DNA of 64,000 bases from Paraphysomonas bandaiensis (GCA_965644295.1 CBFFRP010000242.1:1-64000); one strand, 5' to 3'. Counted from the first letter of the stretch, positions 11,898 through 26,600 are shown. Program-made: numbers and translations. Notes: a model not told the origin generated them from the sequence alone.

Positions 11898-14000
11898 TGT
11901 AAAATATTAGTGAGATATCCTAATGCAGACTTAAACTTAAATAATAATGCAAAACCTAACTATCACACACACTACGGAATAGTTAGAAGTATAACTGACG
12001 ATAACGATCATTATGATGACGATCAAGTATCTTCAACAGATTCAGCCATTAATTCAGTTCATGATATATTTCATTGGACATTATATTTCACATATACTAT
12101 CTTCTATCTAATATTAAGATGAATCCTAATTCCTAATACTTTTCCTCAATAAGATCAGATATCAGATTTAGTCTACTAGTTAAACCCAAGTCCAACATGA
12201 AGTTAGTACGACATTTGTACCAATTTAAACATGCTTGTTTCAAACCATAGATTCGTTTGAGTAACTTGAGTACCATCCGGAATGTTCATACCGGGTGGAG
12301 GATGCATGCAGATGTCTTTCTCGAGGTCAGCATTTATGTAGGCAGTTGTAAAGTCAATTTGGTGGAGTTTCAGTCTCATGATGGTCGCTAATGCCATGAT
12401 CGTTCGTAGTGATGTCGCCTTGGCTACGGGGCTATGTATCGTTACCATCGGGAGTCAAGGGGATCGTGTGCGTCACCTTGTGGCCAACCGCAGTGCTAAT
12501 ATAATGCACAAAGTTGCTTCTGGTAAAAAGAGTATCCTCCGAAGCAAGAGAATGGCCAGAAAACGGGTTATCGTAAATGTACATAAATTTAGTGATGGTG
12601 TATGCTCAACACGTATTAAATCATATGGCATGCGATAAACAATGCATTAGTAAATTACATACAAACAATATTGACATTGGTTTGCACGCTATTAGTAATC
12701 AGCAGCCATTGAGATGGACCCACCTACCTCGATGAAAAGATAGCAAAGACTCGCCCTTCGATACAACTCAATGGGAATCAAATGCCGAAACCGGCACCAC
12801 CTAGTCAAGGGGATCGTGTGTGTCAGCGTGTGGCTAAACGCTGTTTCAAGCCTGCTGATTCAACGGGAGATGGGGGAAATCAGAGTACATCTGAAGGGCC
12901 AAGTAAGGTCCGTGCTACCGCAAACTATTCGAAGCAAGAGAACAGCCAGAAAAAGGGTAATTGTAAATGTGCATAAATTTGGTGATGGGGTATACACATG
13001 TGATGTAAATGCTCAACATGTCCTAAATCATATGGCGCATGGCAAACAATGTATAACCAAAATACATACAAACATTATTGATATTGTTATGGATGCTATT
13101 AGTAATTGCAATGACGTTGATGAGTTAACCGAAACACCAACGAGTGTACAAGATGCTGTTTTAGGTAAACATAAACAGCAGTGGATTGATGCGATAAACA
13201 AAGAAATATCCACTCTCCAGAAGAAAGGATGCTGGAGATATGCTTCGTTACCACCGGGAGCACGAGCAATCAAAGGAAATCTCATCTTTACAATCAAAAG
13301 GAATCAGAACAACATATAGTTCAAGGCTCGACTGGTCGCTCAGGGACTTACCCAAATCTCAGGTATCGGTGACAACGAAACATACAGCCCCGTAGCCAAG
13401 GCGACATCACTACGAACAATCATAGCCAAGGAAGACATCTATATGCATCCTCCTCCTGGTATGAACATTCCCGGAGGCAAGATACTGGAGAGTAGATATC
13501 TCTCTGTTTATTGCGTTGATCCACTGCTGTTGATGTTTACCTCAGATAGCTTCTTGTACACTCTTTGATATATCCGTTAGTTCATCAATATCATCACTAC
13601 TAATAGCGTGTATAACAATATCATTACTATACATTGTTTGCCATGCGCCATATGCTTTACATGTATATAAACTATCATCAAATTTGCGTATATTTACCAT
13701 TACTTTTTTTCTGGCCGTTCTCTTGCTTCGGAGAATGTACTTTTTACCAGCTGACAGTGTGTGCTTTGCTTGGCCCATCAGATGAAGTCTGACCTCCTGT
13801 ATTACCCGATAGATCAGTAGACTGCTGTGCGGTTGGCCTTACGCTGACGCACAAGATCCCTTTGATTGTGTGGTGCCGATTTCGGCACTGAATCCACTTT
13901 GAGTTGTGTCGAAAAGGGTGAGTCTTTGCTCTCTTTGCATCGAGGTTGGTGAGTCCGCCTCGATGGCTGCTATCATGATGATGTCTTGAGTTCACGCTAT
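11898..14000. mobile_element. Cluster of rearranged Ty1/copia fragments in both orientations, with a probable LTR at ~11898-12197
   Basis: Minus-strand RT SPVAKATSLRTIMALA..LHQIDFTTAYINADL...YGLKQA (12203-12448). Plus-strand WIDAINKEISTLQKKGCW...FKARLVAQG...ETYSPVAK with stops (13130-13480). A further minus-strand copy at 13495-13990. TGTTGG LTR start on the minus strand at 12197. Confidence 0.85.
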
Positions 14001-14258
14001 TCCTCCTGGTAGTGGCGGCGGACGCTGGATATCCATTAACTTAATTAATGAGATCTTTAAAGAGAATGAGACCTTTTGGACTCCCATACGTAGACCCAAA
14101 CAACGGACTTATCGTATGTAACGCCGCTGATATTGAACGTTATACCGAGGGGTCTACATATATGCGAAAGTCTCCACTGCTATAGCTCTAAAAACAATAG
14201 CTATGTCCCTCTTCATATCCCTATGCACATATCCAGATGTATACAGAGTACATGATGC

Positions 14259-14980
14259 ATGTATGTATGTATGTATGTATGTATGTATGTATGTATGTAT
14301 GTATGTATGTATGTATGTATGTATGTATGTATGTATGTATGTATGTATGTATGTATGTATGTATGTATGTATGTATGTATGTATGTATGTATGTATGTAT
14401 GTATGTATGTATGTATGTATGTATGTATGTATGTATGTATGTATGTATGTATGTATGTATGTATGTATGTATGTATGTATGTATGTATGTATGTATGTAT
14501 GTATGTATGTATGTATGTATGTATGTATGTATGTATGTATGTATGTATGTATGTATGTATGTATGTATGTATGTATGTATGTATGTATGTATGTATGTAT
14601 GTATGTATGTATGTATGTATGTATGTATGTGTATGTATGTATGTATGTACGTATGTATGTATGTATGTATGTATGTATGTATGTATGTATGTATGTATGT
14701 ATGTATGTATGTATGTATGTATGTATGTATGTATGTATGTATGTATGTATGTATGTATGTACGTATGTATGTATGTATGTATGTATGTATGTATGTATGT
14801 ATGTATGTATGTATGTATGTATGTATGTACGTATGTATGTATGTATGTATGTATGTATGTATGTATGTATGTATGTATGTATGTATGTATGTATGTATGT
14901 ATGTATGTATGTATGTATGTATGTATGTATGTACGTATGTATGTATGTATGTATGTATGTACGTATGTATGTATGTATGT
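14259..14980. repeat. (TATG)n microsatellite, ~720 bp
   Basis: Directly visible, with occasional TACG/TGTG variant units. Confidence 0.98.
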
Positions 14981-15132
14981 GTGGGGGAATGATATTATAA
15001 GAATATATATGATCATGTCGCATCCATCGGGTGATACAATGGACCCCACTCTCACACACTCTATATCCTATATAACACCCCCTTAAGTAACCCTTTAGCA
15101 CTCATGTTTCTTCCCCTCTAATACTTTATACA

Positions 15133-18100
15133 ATGCAGTATTCTCTATTAACTAAGAATCCTGATATAATGGATACTCGATTGAGTTTATCTGTCACTAA
15201 TCTCAAATATAAACCTTCTTTATATTCTTTACCTTCATGGGGATCCTCATTTCAGAATATTCTTCCTGTTTCATACTTACAGGGGCTGGTATGTATATAT
15301 ATATAGTATTGTGATGTGTTCTATATATATAGACGTGTGTTTATATACATATATATTAAAATGTGTATTTCAGAATCAACACACATGTTTGAAGAAAGTT
15401 TCGTTTTGTTGTTTGCCCAGTCAGTTGACTCTCATCTTGTCAACAAGTAGAGAGGAGAGAAGGTGACCATGAAACATGAATATATCTTCGTAGTATAACA
15501 CGTTATTAGAACCATTGCGGAGCTGCTAGCTGGCAGATGTATGCATGGAGAGTTCGAGGGACATATTAGTTTAATGGGAGAAGGTGCTAGTCGTGGTATC
15601 AGTGCGACGACAGCGTTTATTCCTCACCATGCCACAAAGTTGTACACCCCGGGATTAACATACATAGAGATGCTCACTTACGCAGCTCGACTAAGAATAG
15701 GTCGAAATAAGGGGCGCAAAGGATTCACAGATAGCGACGGGGATGGTGCTGTGAAGCGACGAGTCGAACGGGTTTTGGACTTGATGGGTCTGTCATGGTG
15801 TCGAGATAGGGTGATCACGGAGCGTCCTGCTTCAAGGGGTGTCCGAGGAGGGGAATTGCGGCGACTGGCCATTGCCACTGGAATCATTGATTTGCCTCCT
15901 GTGATTATACTGGATGACCCTTTCGAGGGACTTGATCCTGCTGTTTCCCTACATTTGATGAGGCAACTTGTCCATCTGTCGGAGCAAGGGCACACCGTCA
16001 TTTGCACATCCCCAAAGCCCCCGGTAACTGTGTACTCCCTCGCTCACAACGTGGTGTTTATCGCTGACGGTTACTCTATCTTTGCCGGAGCACGGGACAG
16101 TGTGGAACACTTTTTCTGTTCTCCTATGATGGAATATACATTGAATAAAAATAGTACTGTGGTTGACTTTTTGTTCGACATCGCAGATGGAACAGAACGC
16201 CCTGAAGGTCAACGGCGCCCAATGCAGCCCGACGTAATTCAAGGGTTGTTCGAGAGTTCACCCTACTGGAGGGGTGGAGTGGATACGTCCTGTGCCTATC
16301 AACCCCCATCTATTTCAATTTTACCGGATACATATGTACCGTACTACGGTTACCTTTCTCAGTCTCGGGATAGCTCGACAAGCGATGGTATCGGTGAAAT
16401 ATTAAGGAAAACGAACATTGTAATAGAGCGGGCTTTTTATGTCAAATTTCGAGAGCGCGAGGTACTTTTACGATCACTCAAAACCTCAGTGATATTTGGT
16501 CTCATATTGGGATACTTTCTGTGGGGATTAGGGGCCGATTTTGACTATACCATGAACATGCTGCTCATTGCATATGTAGAGGTAATGACCGTGACCTCCC
16601 ACTTGTGGATCATCGTATCGGCTGCTTTCTCCCAGCAGATTATCAATGTACATATCCTGTGCCAAAAAATTCAAATGTACAGGCATGAGAACGCTGTTAG
16701 TTGCTGTCCGCCAATTGCCTTTTGGTTTGCAACGTTGATATCCGAAGTGCCGTTTGCGCTATTCTTTGCTCTTCTACAGTCGAATATTGTCTATTTTATG
16801 GGAGAATTAGGGGTTGGATATGGTAACTATTTCTTTTTTATGTCAGTGATTGCTTTGACAGCGATAGTTGGGCTCACAACTGCTGTGATGTTTGCAACTA
16901 TAATCCAGAGAGAGTTAGTAGTAAGGGATTTGTTCATTTTTTGCTCATTCATGATGACTGTGTCGTCGGGGTATTTGTTCCACTACGATTCAATGGAAGG
17001 AAGCATCAATAAGGTGTGTTTCTATTATATATACGTGCATAACACAGCGGTTGACTATTCCTGTAAAGATATCTCTAATCAACTTTATGCGATGGGCGTT
17101 TGAAGCGCTAATGGTATGGAAGTACGATAAATACGGTGACGGGGATGAGTATTTGGAAATATATTCCTTTCAAAACTTTGAGAGGAATAGTGTCTTCCAG
17201 ATAATGGCTATTTTTATATTTGTTGATGTATTTTTATTTTTCATTGGCCTTCATCATCGACCGAATACACTTCATCGCCGTGTGAAAAAGCGTTCTGTTC
17301 TTGTGTCTGATCAGGAGAGAGCTAGCAGTATCAGTGTAGAGGGAGACAGTACGTCGAGTACTCACTTCTCTCGAAATACTGACCCTGTGGAGCCAAAGAT
17401 ATTTCTGAAGCAGTCTTCTATATCAAGTGCTTCGTCGTATAAGACCTCTCAGCCATCGACTAATATGGATGGAAAAGGGGACACTAAAGGACCAACCCTC
17501 TCTTTTAGAGACCTGTCTTTCTCCGTTCCGGACAAGCGAAGCCCGATGGGGTGTCGAAGTATACTTCACCCTATGAGTGGGAGGTTTGATTGGGGTAGAT
17601 TGAGTGTAATCATGGGCTCTGCTGGGGATGGAAAGTCTTCTTTATTGTACATACTTGCTGGAGAAATGCGGGATTCGTCGTCAACACATATCAAGGGGTC
17701 TGTGATGTACGACAATTCCCCCATTAGCCACACCATCCCGGCCTGGCAGAGAGGTGGATTTGTGGAAGCTGGAGATGTTCATTTTCGTGATTTGAGTGTA
17801 AGTGAGGTGGTTACATTTGCAATGCAACTCCGGAGCTCGGGACGAATGGCGAAAAAAGCCATCGCGGAAAATGTCGACCGAGCATTGGAGCTGGTACAAC
17901 TACAAGAGTGAGTGATTGCCTATTAGTGCCTATTTTAGTTTTAACATATATTCTTTACGCATGGAAATAGTTTTGTCGGAGTGAAGACGAAAGAACTGTC
18001 CCGGGGGGTACTCAGACGTTTGTCTATAGCTGAGGAGATCGTTCATGGCCCCTCACTTGTTCTTATCGATGAACCTATTACTAATCTTGACCAAAGGGAA

Positions 18101-19980
18101 ACTTCTATCATTGTCACAGGTGTTCTTCGCGAGCTGGTCAACCAGGATCGGACTGTGGTAGTGACGATGCATCAGGTACAAGCTGTCATGCTCATTATTG
18201 ATGCAGCGTTCTATGTCGTTGGCTCTATTCATAAAGCGTATGTGCTAGTCATACGTTATAGCGCAGATAGCATCTAGAGTTATTTACAGAACTCTGTTTT
18301 TATATGTCTTTTTAACGCATTTATCAGCCATCAGCTGCTGTCTTTGAGGTTGTGGATACGTTGTTACTTCTATCTCGAGGACGTATGATATATATGGGCC
18401 GTGCTGATATGGCGGCTTCGTACTTTATGAACTCGAGGATCTTGGGACTTTCCATGCAAGGATATACCAACCCCGCTGATTTTTTGTGTGACCTCTCCGG
18501 ATGCCTTCTGAAAAACGACAAGGTAATCCAACACGTTCCAATAGGTTAACTCGAGTTGTGCGTAGTATAATCAATGCCATGAATAATATATAAAAATTGA
18601 GTAGTTATTGATGTGTATAGGGAGTGTTTGTAGATACCCTCACCCTTGCCTCGCACTACGAGCAGAGCCACAGAGACCCTGTGTATTCCAATGCTTTGTC
18701 TCCAATTGTTAGTCTCAACAATACTATGGAGGAAGAGTCTGAGTCGTCTGAGAGCTGTGGCTCAGCCAGTGTAGGTCATGTAAAGCGACTGAGCACCGGA
18801 AGTGAAGGGAGTGCGTCCTCTGCATCGTCTAAATTGCCCGTGTCATGTGACGTTATGCCCGAAGATGAATCAATGTTCAGAAAAGTTCGGACTTCCATGT
18901 CTGATGCTTATGTGGTAGTGTCTGAATGGATTGTAGGTGTCAGAAATGCAGACCCATCACGGCAAATTCATTGTGGAAGAGTAATATTACAACGGTCCTG
19001 GAAAGTCCTATACAAGCGTGACAAACTGGTGATTGGTACAACCCTAACCTCTGTGTTTTTTGCATGCGTTTTCGGGTTCATGCTGGGTCCCTCTACTAAT
19101 GAAGCGGATGCGGTTGCATGTATGTTTGGAATCGGAAGCATGTGTATATTGCTATCGAATCTACAGTTTGTATTCTTCATGTTCAACAACCACAAGGTTT
19201 GTGCTTCTGGTATGAGCGTCTTACGTAATATGGTTCAATAGGTGTTTCTACGTGAACACTCGAGAGGTCTCTATTCAAATCTACTACACTGGCTGGTCAG
19301 TGACACCCCAGTCATGGTGCTGCGAACTGTACAATCATGTCTATACGGTGTTATCATTCACAATTGGCTCCATCTCAAGGGTGGAGGTGTGTGGATGAAA
19401 ATTTTGCCATACTCTGTTACTAATTTGATTATGTACAGCCGCGGCGGGGTTCTATTATCTCAATAACTGGATAATGTCCATTGTAAGTACGCAGTTAGTA
19501 GAGACTATTGTGTACATCCTGCCGGATGTCAGGTCCGCATATCGAATTGTCCCTGCGGTAGGATTTTTACTGTTTTACTTCTCAGGAATTATGGTTAAGC
19601 CCTCAGGTTGGTTTGTGTACTTTACCAATATGCTTTTGTAAATTGTTCTCTTTACAGTATTGCCAGAGTGGTTGCAACCATGGCTGCCTAGCGTATCAAT
19701 TATTCGCTGGCTGACTCAAGCTCTTCTAATTAACGAGTACCAGTACAACCGTGAAGCGTTTCCTGAAATGGGTCCCTATGATTACTCAACTTATGACTTC
19801 ACTTTGAGTCTATATGGATGGGGAGGAAAAACTAAGTGGGATTGCTTTTACGTACTTCTTATTAATCTTGCTATATATCGAATTGTTTACCTGATGGTAT
19901 CTGTGTATCATACAACATTTCAAAAGGGTAGAAGATCTAATAGACAGGAGTATAATGTTGTAGCTGCAGGAGATGCGTAG
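15133..19980 (+). CDS. Full-size ABCG/PDR-type transporter (NBD-TMD)x2, multi-exon
   Basis: NBD1: VRGGELRRL, IILDDPFEGLD, then TMD1. NBD2: GSAGDGKSS, LSRGVLRRL, LIDEPITNLD, TMHQP, NPADF. TMD2: VFLREHSRGLYS and SIIRWLTQALLINE. Confidence 0.9.
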
Positions 19981-20495
19981 ATTTTATATAGAGTTTAGAA
20001 CGTCATTCACATGTTTAGAATAGTGGTGACTGTGCTCAGGTTGCTGTTTTCTGCATGATTTATATACAGCATGTTTTGAAGCTGAAATTCAACTTATATA
20101 TTTTTATTTTAAAAACACTGCGTTTTTCCATAGCAATTCGCTCTCATTTGCTGGCATGTAGGTTTTTCTCGCGGAAGAAATGTTGAAAATCTGGCAGGAA
20201 ATGATCGTAATTAAAAAATATTTTTTCTTCAATATTTGCCATTTAATTTTGCCATTGCAAGACTGACACCGTTTCACAATGAATCGACGAAAAAATAGCT
20301 TGAGAGTGCAATGTATTACAGCATTCGGTAAGTCCAATCAACGTAATTACTAGTTGGAACATTGTTGGTCAACTAGTAACTAGTAGACACGTTATAATAA
20401 TGAATAATGTAACAAAATAAATGTGCTCTTATCATCATATCTCAGAACACAGAATCTTTATAGTTACTACAAGGGTTCTCTGACTCATTATGTGG

Positions 20496-21469
20496 CAGGG
20501 CTGCGTATCAATTAATTGCAATAGTTGAAATTGAAACAGCAAGTAATAATTGACTACAACCTGTGTCAATTAATTGTCAATTATTGAAATTGCAATTATT
20601 AAAAATGGGACATCGATTCATAATCGCAATTATAATTGACTCCAGCTCCTGTAGGAAAAGGGGCTCCACATTTTCCGTGATTGACAACTACTTGCTTCTA
20701 CCTAATAATATGCGATCATTCTAGTGTATAGTTCCGACGTGTTAAGTCTAAGGCCAAGTAAAAAGGAGCATGCCAAGCTCGTGCAATACGGGAGGAATAG
20801 GAATTGTTTCAACTAGTGTCCTTACAATATTACAGAAGTAAGGTCAACACCAGCTTGACCTCCACGACGTTTGTACATTGTTTGACGAATAATAACTCAA
20901 CATAAGGCACCCGATTGTTGAGCGTCATCTGGGCAACAGTGCTGCTATTATTCATAACGTTGCTTTCAAAAATGCAGTCGTGAAGATTCAATGTGGCAAC
21001 GAAGCCGTAACTCGGACGGCAAAGGATCAAACCAAAATATTTTTGCTCGATGAGGAAGAAGAAGATTATGATGGTGTGAGTCTAGTTCCGAATGACGACG
21101 CAGCGCAACGTTTGATTGATGATAGCAGGCAGCGGAAGCGAGTAAGACTTAACCAGCAAACACGTTACCGCAGCATGAAACACTTGTATGCCACAACCAA
21201 TAAGGTTGAAAGGTTGTTCAGTAAAGCTACGATTGTTATGACGGGCTTGCACAAAAGCTTGAGTCTTAAACATTTTAGAGCTACTTATGTTTTTACGCAT
21301 GAATCGTCGCCTCTGGAATGAAATGACAGTTAAGGTAGTTATATTGGCAGCTAGTGTATTTTAGTACAAAATAATTGTAATTATTGTAATAATTGAAATT
21401 GACACAGCGATTAATAATTACAATTATAATTGACTACAACCTGCGTCAATTAATTGATACGCAGCCCTG
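20496..21469 (+). mobile_element. Non-autonomous hAT element, 974 bp
   Basis: 23-bp TIR CAGGGCTGCGTATCAATTAATTG at both ends. 8-bp TSD TTATGTGG/TTATCTGG. Internal remnant of the hAT dimerisation domain, ATTNKVERLFSKA. Confidence 0.9.
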
Positions 21470-22295
21470 TTATCTGGGGAATGCATGTTATAGTGTTCGT
21501 GGCGTAAAGAAATAATGTTTCAAACTTCCCGCCATATAGTTATCGCGGTTAAAGCAAGAGTCACTCAAACTGGCCATTTAACTTTGCATGCGCATAAATA
21601 TTAATGTTATCAATTTTCTAAATGATAATTTTCTATTATGCCAAATCGTGAAGAAATCTTGAAAACATTGCATTAGTGTCCTTCTCTTTTGATTTGATGT
21701 GGTAGAGAAGAGGATATAATATGTGTTTTGAAGAAAGTATAATACATTTGGCGACTACAAGTGCAAACTTAAAATGTAGTACAATAAAACATACCCAATA
21801 TCAATAGAAAGATAGAACAAAATCAAGCACAAAGTAGAGACAATATATCAACTATGTACGTGAATCACACCATTATCTATCTGATAGTAGCACTGATACT
21901 ATGGTCTTTGTTTACCCTCTGTATCACCACAGAGGCCATCCATATCGGTGAGATATTTCTCTAAAACTGATGTCACCATAAGAATTACTTCAACTTATTT
22001 ACTTCTGATTGTGTTGGGTAAAGTATCTTAAGCTATATCTAATATGAGCATACTTATGATGAGTCGGATATATCTGCACTCCATCCGATATATACATGCA
22101 GGTGTCGTAAGATATGTATATACAGTATATACTGAGGGTCCCGATACTATGACTGCTATGAAAGATTGAGCTAACTACGAAGTAAACAATGACCAAAGCC
22201 ATATCTAGATATTGAAATCTAATGATAATGCAGTATAGACACATTGGAAACCCATGTCCTCATAACGAAAAAGGGACGCACGACTGGACACATGC

Positions 22296-23351
22296 ATGTA
22301 TGTATGTATGTATGTATGTATGTATGTATGTATGTATGTATGTATTATGTATGTATGTATGTATGTATGTATGTATGTATGTATGTATGTATGTATGTAT
22401 GTATGTATGTATGTATGTATGTATGTATGTATGTATGTATGTATGTATGTATGTATGTATGTATGTATGAATGTTTGTATGTATGTATGTATGTATGTAT
22501 GTATGTATGTATTTATGTATGTATGTATGTATGTGTTCATGTATGTATGTATGTATGTATGTATGTATGTATGTATGTATGTATGTATGTATGTATGTAT
22601 GTATGTATGTATGTATGTATGTATGTATGTATGTATGTATGTATGTATGTATGTATGTATGTATGTATGTATGTATGTATGTATGTATGTATGTATGTAT
22701 GTATGTATGTATGTTTGTACGTATGTATGTATGTATGTATGTATGTATGTATGTATGTATGTATGTATGTATGTATGTATGTATGTATGTATGTATGTAT
22801 GTATGTATGTATGTATGTATGTATGTATGTATGTATGTATGTATGTATGTATGTATGTATGTATGTATGTATGTATGTATGTATGTATGTATGTATGTAT
22901 GTATGTATGTATGTATGTATGTATGTATGTATGTATGTATGTATGTATGTATGTATGTATGTATGTATGTATGTATGTATGTATGTATGTATGTATGTAT
23001 GTATGTATGTATGTATGTATGTATGTATGTATGTATGTATGTATGTATGTATGTATGTATGTATGTATGTATGTATGTATGTATGTATGTATGTATGTAT
23101 GTGTTCATGTACGTATGTATGTATGTATGTATGTATGTATGTATGTATGTATGTATGTATGTATGTATGTATGTATGTATGTATGTATGTATGTATGTAT
23201 GTATGTATGTTTGTACGTATGTATGTATGTATGTATGTATGTATGTATGTATGTATGTATGTATGTATGTATGTATGTATGTATGTATGTATGTATGTAT
23301 GTATGTATGTATGTATGTACAGTTGTATGTATGTATGTATGTATGTATGTA
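22296..23351. repeat. (TATG)n microsatellite, ~1.05 kb
   Basis: Directly visible, with recurrent variants GTGTTCATGT and GTTTGTACGT. Confidence 0.98.
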
Positions 23352-23610
23352 CTCTGTACTGTATATGGGTACTCTGTATTCTTATCGTATGCAAAGGTCT
23401 CCATCATCAGCAGTCCTCTGACCCCCACCATTCAATTTTCCATTGAATTGATTGGATGGAATGGTTGGATTGAGATCAACGGCCATTCATTAGAAATTAG
23501 TTACAGCTATGAACGCATATATATAATCCATTGCATTTCTATATCGGTGAATAGCTATACCATTCATCATTATTTATCTAAATATTCTTATATCTCAATA
23601 GTTTTGATAG

Positions 23611-26600
23611 ATGGGAAAAGGTCAACGTCAACGACGAGAACAAGCAGCTAATGCAACAGCTCAATTGTTGTATACTGATAAAAGAGCTGCCCCCTCATTT
23701 GGTCAGCCCATACCCACACCTTCCAATACCAATAGACCTATAGGCTCTATTACAAAAACTGGATCACGTGGAGATAAGCCGAATGGAACTGATAAACCAG
23801 AGGACACAATAGATTTTAATGCCGTCAAAGAATTTTTAAGTTTCAACCCAGAGAATCGAGTTCGATGTTTGGAGGAGTACCTGCGACTCCCATCCTCCCT
23901 CTCTCTGGAATCGATTCAACTCTCAGAGAAGAATGAAAGTAGTGATACATGTAGTGTTCCTATCAAGTTCAATGCATTGGAGCTAGCAAACATAGTTCAG
24001 CAGCGCGGAATTTCAACGATGGAGGGTTCTTTAATTGTAACCACAGTAGTTGCCTGTCTCAACAATAGTTCTAGTGAGACTGGCGACTCCTCTGGGCCAA
24101 TGAATACAGAATTTGCTCTTCGTGTACTATGTTCATTGCAAAATAGCATTGGTCGTGTCATTGAGCCAGCAACTGTGGATGTATTGAGCTCATTGCTTTC
24201 CCTTCATAGCAATAAAGTGGCACGAGTAAGGGAACTTGCTCAACGAGCTGTTGGATGGCTGTCAGAGTCTCTCTCTGCCCCACTTTTACATGTCATTTTC
24301 CCTACGCTAATGTCGTTCCTGGAGCTGACTGTGGACTGGCGTTCCAAGGTCGGTGCCCTAGATCTTCTGCATAGTATTGCACAAAAGCCTCACGCCCAAA
24401 GCCATATATCCCCTGTTCTACCAGTATTTATTCCCGAGGTGAGCCAAAGTGGATTGACTGTGAAGTAATATAACGTTATATATTTAGGTTAGTGAGTGCA
24501 TGAAGGACTCTAAGAAACAGGTTCAATCATCTGCTACTAATGCAATGAGTGCTGCTTGCGCACACATCATTAACGACGATATTTCCCACCTTGTTCCACA
24601 GCTTGTGAGTGTTATCAACCACCCAGAGCAGTCCGCTGCTACTCTCGATAAGCTTATGGAAACCACTTTTGTTGCTACTGTCGACGCTCCCACCCTCTCC
24701 CTTATTACTCCTGTATTGGGGAAGGCACTCAGAGATCGATCGTCAGGCATGAAGCGCAAGGCGGCTAAGGTTATCGAGAATATGTGTAAGCTTGTGCAAA
24801 ACCCGTACGACGTACAACCATTCGAGCCCCTTTTACTGCCAGCTCTTGACAAGGTTTATTACAGCTCATGAGTTGTGTTTAATGGGCTCACTGTGATATA
24901 GGTGATAGATGAAGTAGCTGACCCAGAAGTTAGAGAGGTCTCTACTGCTGCCCGGGGAGTATTGGTTAAGGCAATGGGTAAGGGGGAACAGGCCCCTCCT
25001 CCAGATATAGCAGCATTCGCATCTCGATTAACCGAGTCGATTCAAACTCTACTAGTGAATCAGCTTTCCTGTGCTGGAAATTTAAGCACAACGAATTTGA
25101 CTTGTCGACACATAGCGGGTCTTCTTTCAGGAGTAATCTTATACGGCTCCACAGGGTATACTGCGACACAAATCGCCGCGGAGGGCGAGTCTTCTGATGC
25201 TTGGAGGCAAGCTGTCGGATGCACATCTCGTGAAGTATGGCATGATTGTGTCATCCCTTTTGCTGGTCCACTTGTTTCATCTGAAGAATCTGATATCAGC
25301 ACCCATGATATGTCTGCTGCGTTGAGATTGTCAGCACTGAATGGTTATCCCGACGCCCAGAATGATGCAGGCTCTGATGACGCGCACAATTTATGCAATA
25401 TAGAGTTCAGTCTAGCATTTGGTGGAAAGATTTTATTGCACAACGCAAGACTCAGTCTTGGTCGTGGGCACAGATATGGAATAATGGGTAAGAACGGTGT
25501 GGGTAAAACGACACTAATGACCAACATTGGGTCTGGCAATATCGAGGGTCTTCCGGAAGATCTTCGTACTGTATATGTGCAGCACGATGACCCACAGGCT
25601 AACAGTACTGAAGTTCCTGTTTTAGAAGAGGTTATGGCTACGCCTTCTATTGTGGAGGTTGGCGTTACTGAGCAGGAAGCTCGGGATGCTCTCATGGCCA
25701 TTGGATTCACGGAAGCAATGCTTCAGACTTCGAGAGCCGTGCTCAGCGGAGGTTGGAAGATGAAATTCCTCATTGTGCGTGCTATGCTTTCAAAGGCAGA
25801 TATTTTGTTGCTTGATGAGGTAAGTTTTATTTTGTGGTTAGACTGCACATGTTCATATTCCATTTGTGTAGCCAACGAATCATCTCGATGCCGCCTCCGT
25901 TCAATGGCTAGCGAATTATCTCCAGTCTCAAAAGGAAGTGACTTGTCTTATTGTGTCGCACGACCCTCAATTTTTGGACCAAGTTATCACAGACGTTATC
26001 CATTATGAACAGAAGCAACTTGTGTACTATCCAGGGTCTCTGAAGGACTTTGTTGCGATTCACCCACAGGCGAAGTACTACTATGAACTCGACGGATCCG
26101 ATCTAGAGTTTAAGCTTCCTTCCCCAGAACAACTGGACGGCGTCCGATCCAACACCCGCACAGTGCTCAAGATGGATGATGTCACGTATACTTACCCAGG
26201 CGCTTCCGCCCCAACTCTGAAGGACTGTTCAGTGAAGCTCACCCTGGGAAGTCGGGTCGGTGTACTCGGCGTGAACGGGGCTGGTAAGAGTACTCTCATA
26301 AAACTTCTAGTTCAGGAAATCGAACCAGACCTACGAGGTACGTGTCTAATTACTTTAACGGGTTGTCGTTCTAACACTTTTCTTCGCAGAAGATGGGTCG
26401 AAATGTGGGGAGGTGTGGAAACATCATAATCTAAGACTTGCGTACGTGGCCCAGCATTCGTTCCATCATATTGAACAGCACCTGGAAGTTTCACCCGTGG
26501 ATTACATCAAGTGGAGATTTGCTGATGGAGTAGACAAAGAAGATCTTACGAAGACCAACATGCGCATATCGGAGGAAGAGGCTGCTGAAATGCAAAAAGA

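Noticed and set aside
14154-15101. Long MYVC/HTYI-repeat ORFs here and at 22205-23651
   Set aside because: These are translations of the stop-free (TATG)n microsatellite and are open in all frames. There is no evidence they are coding.
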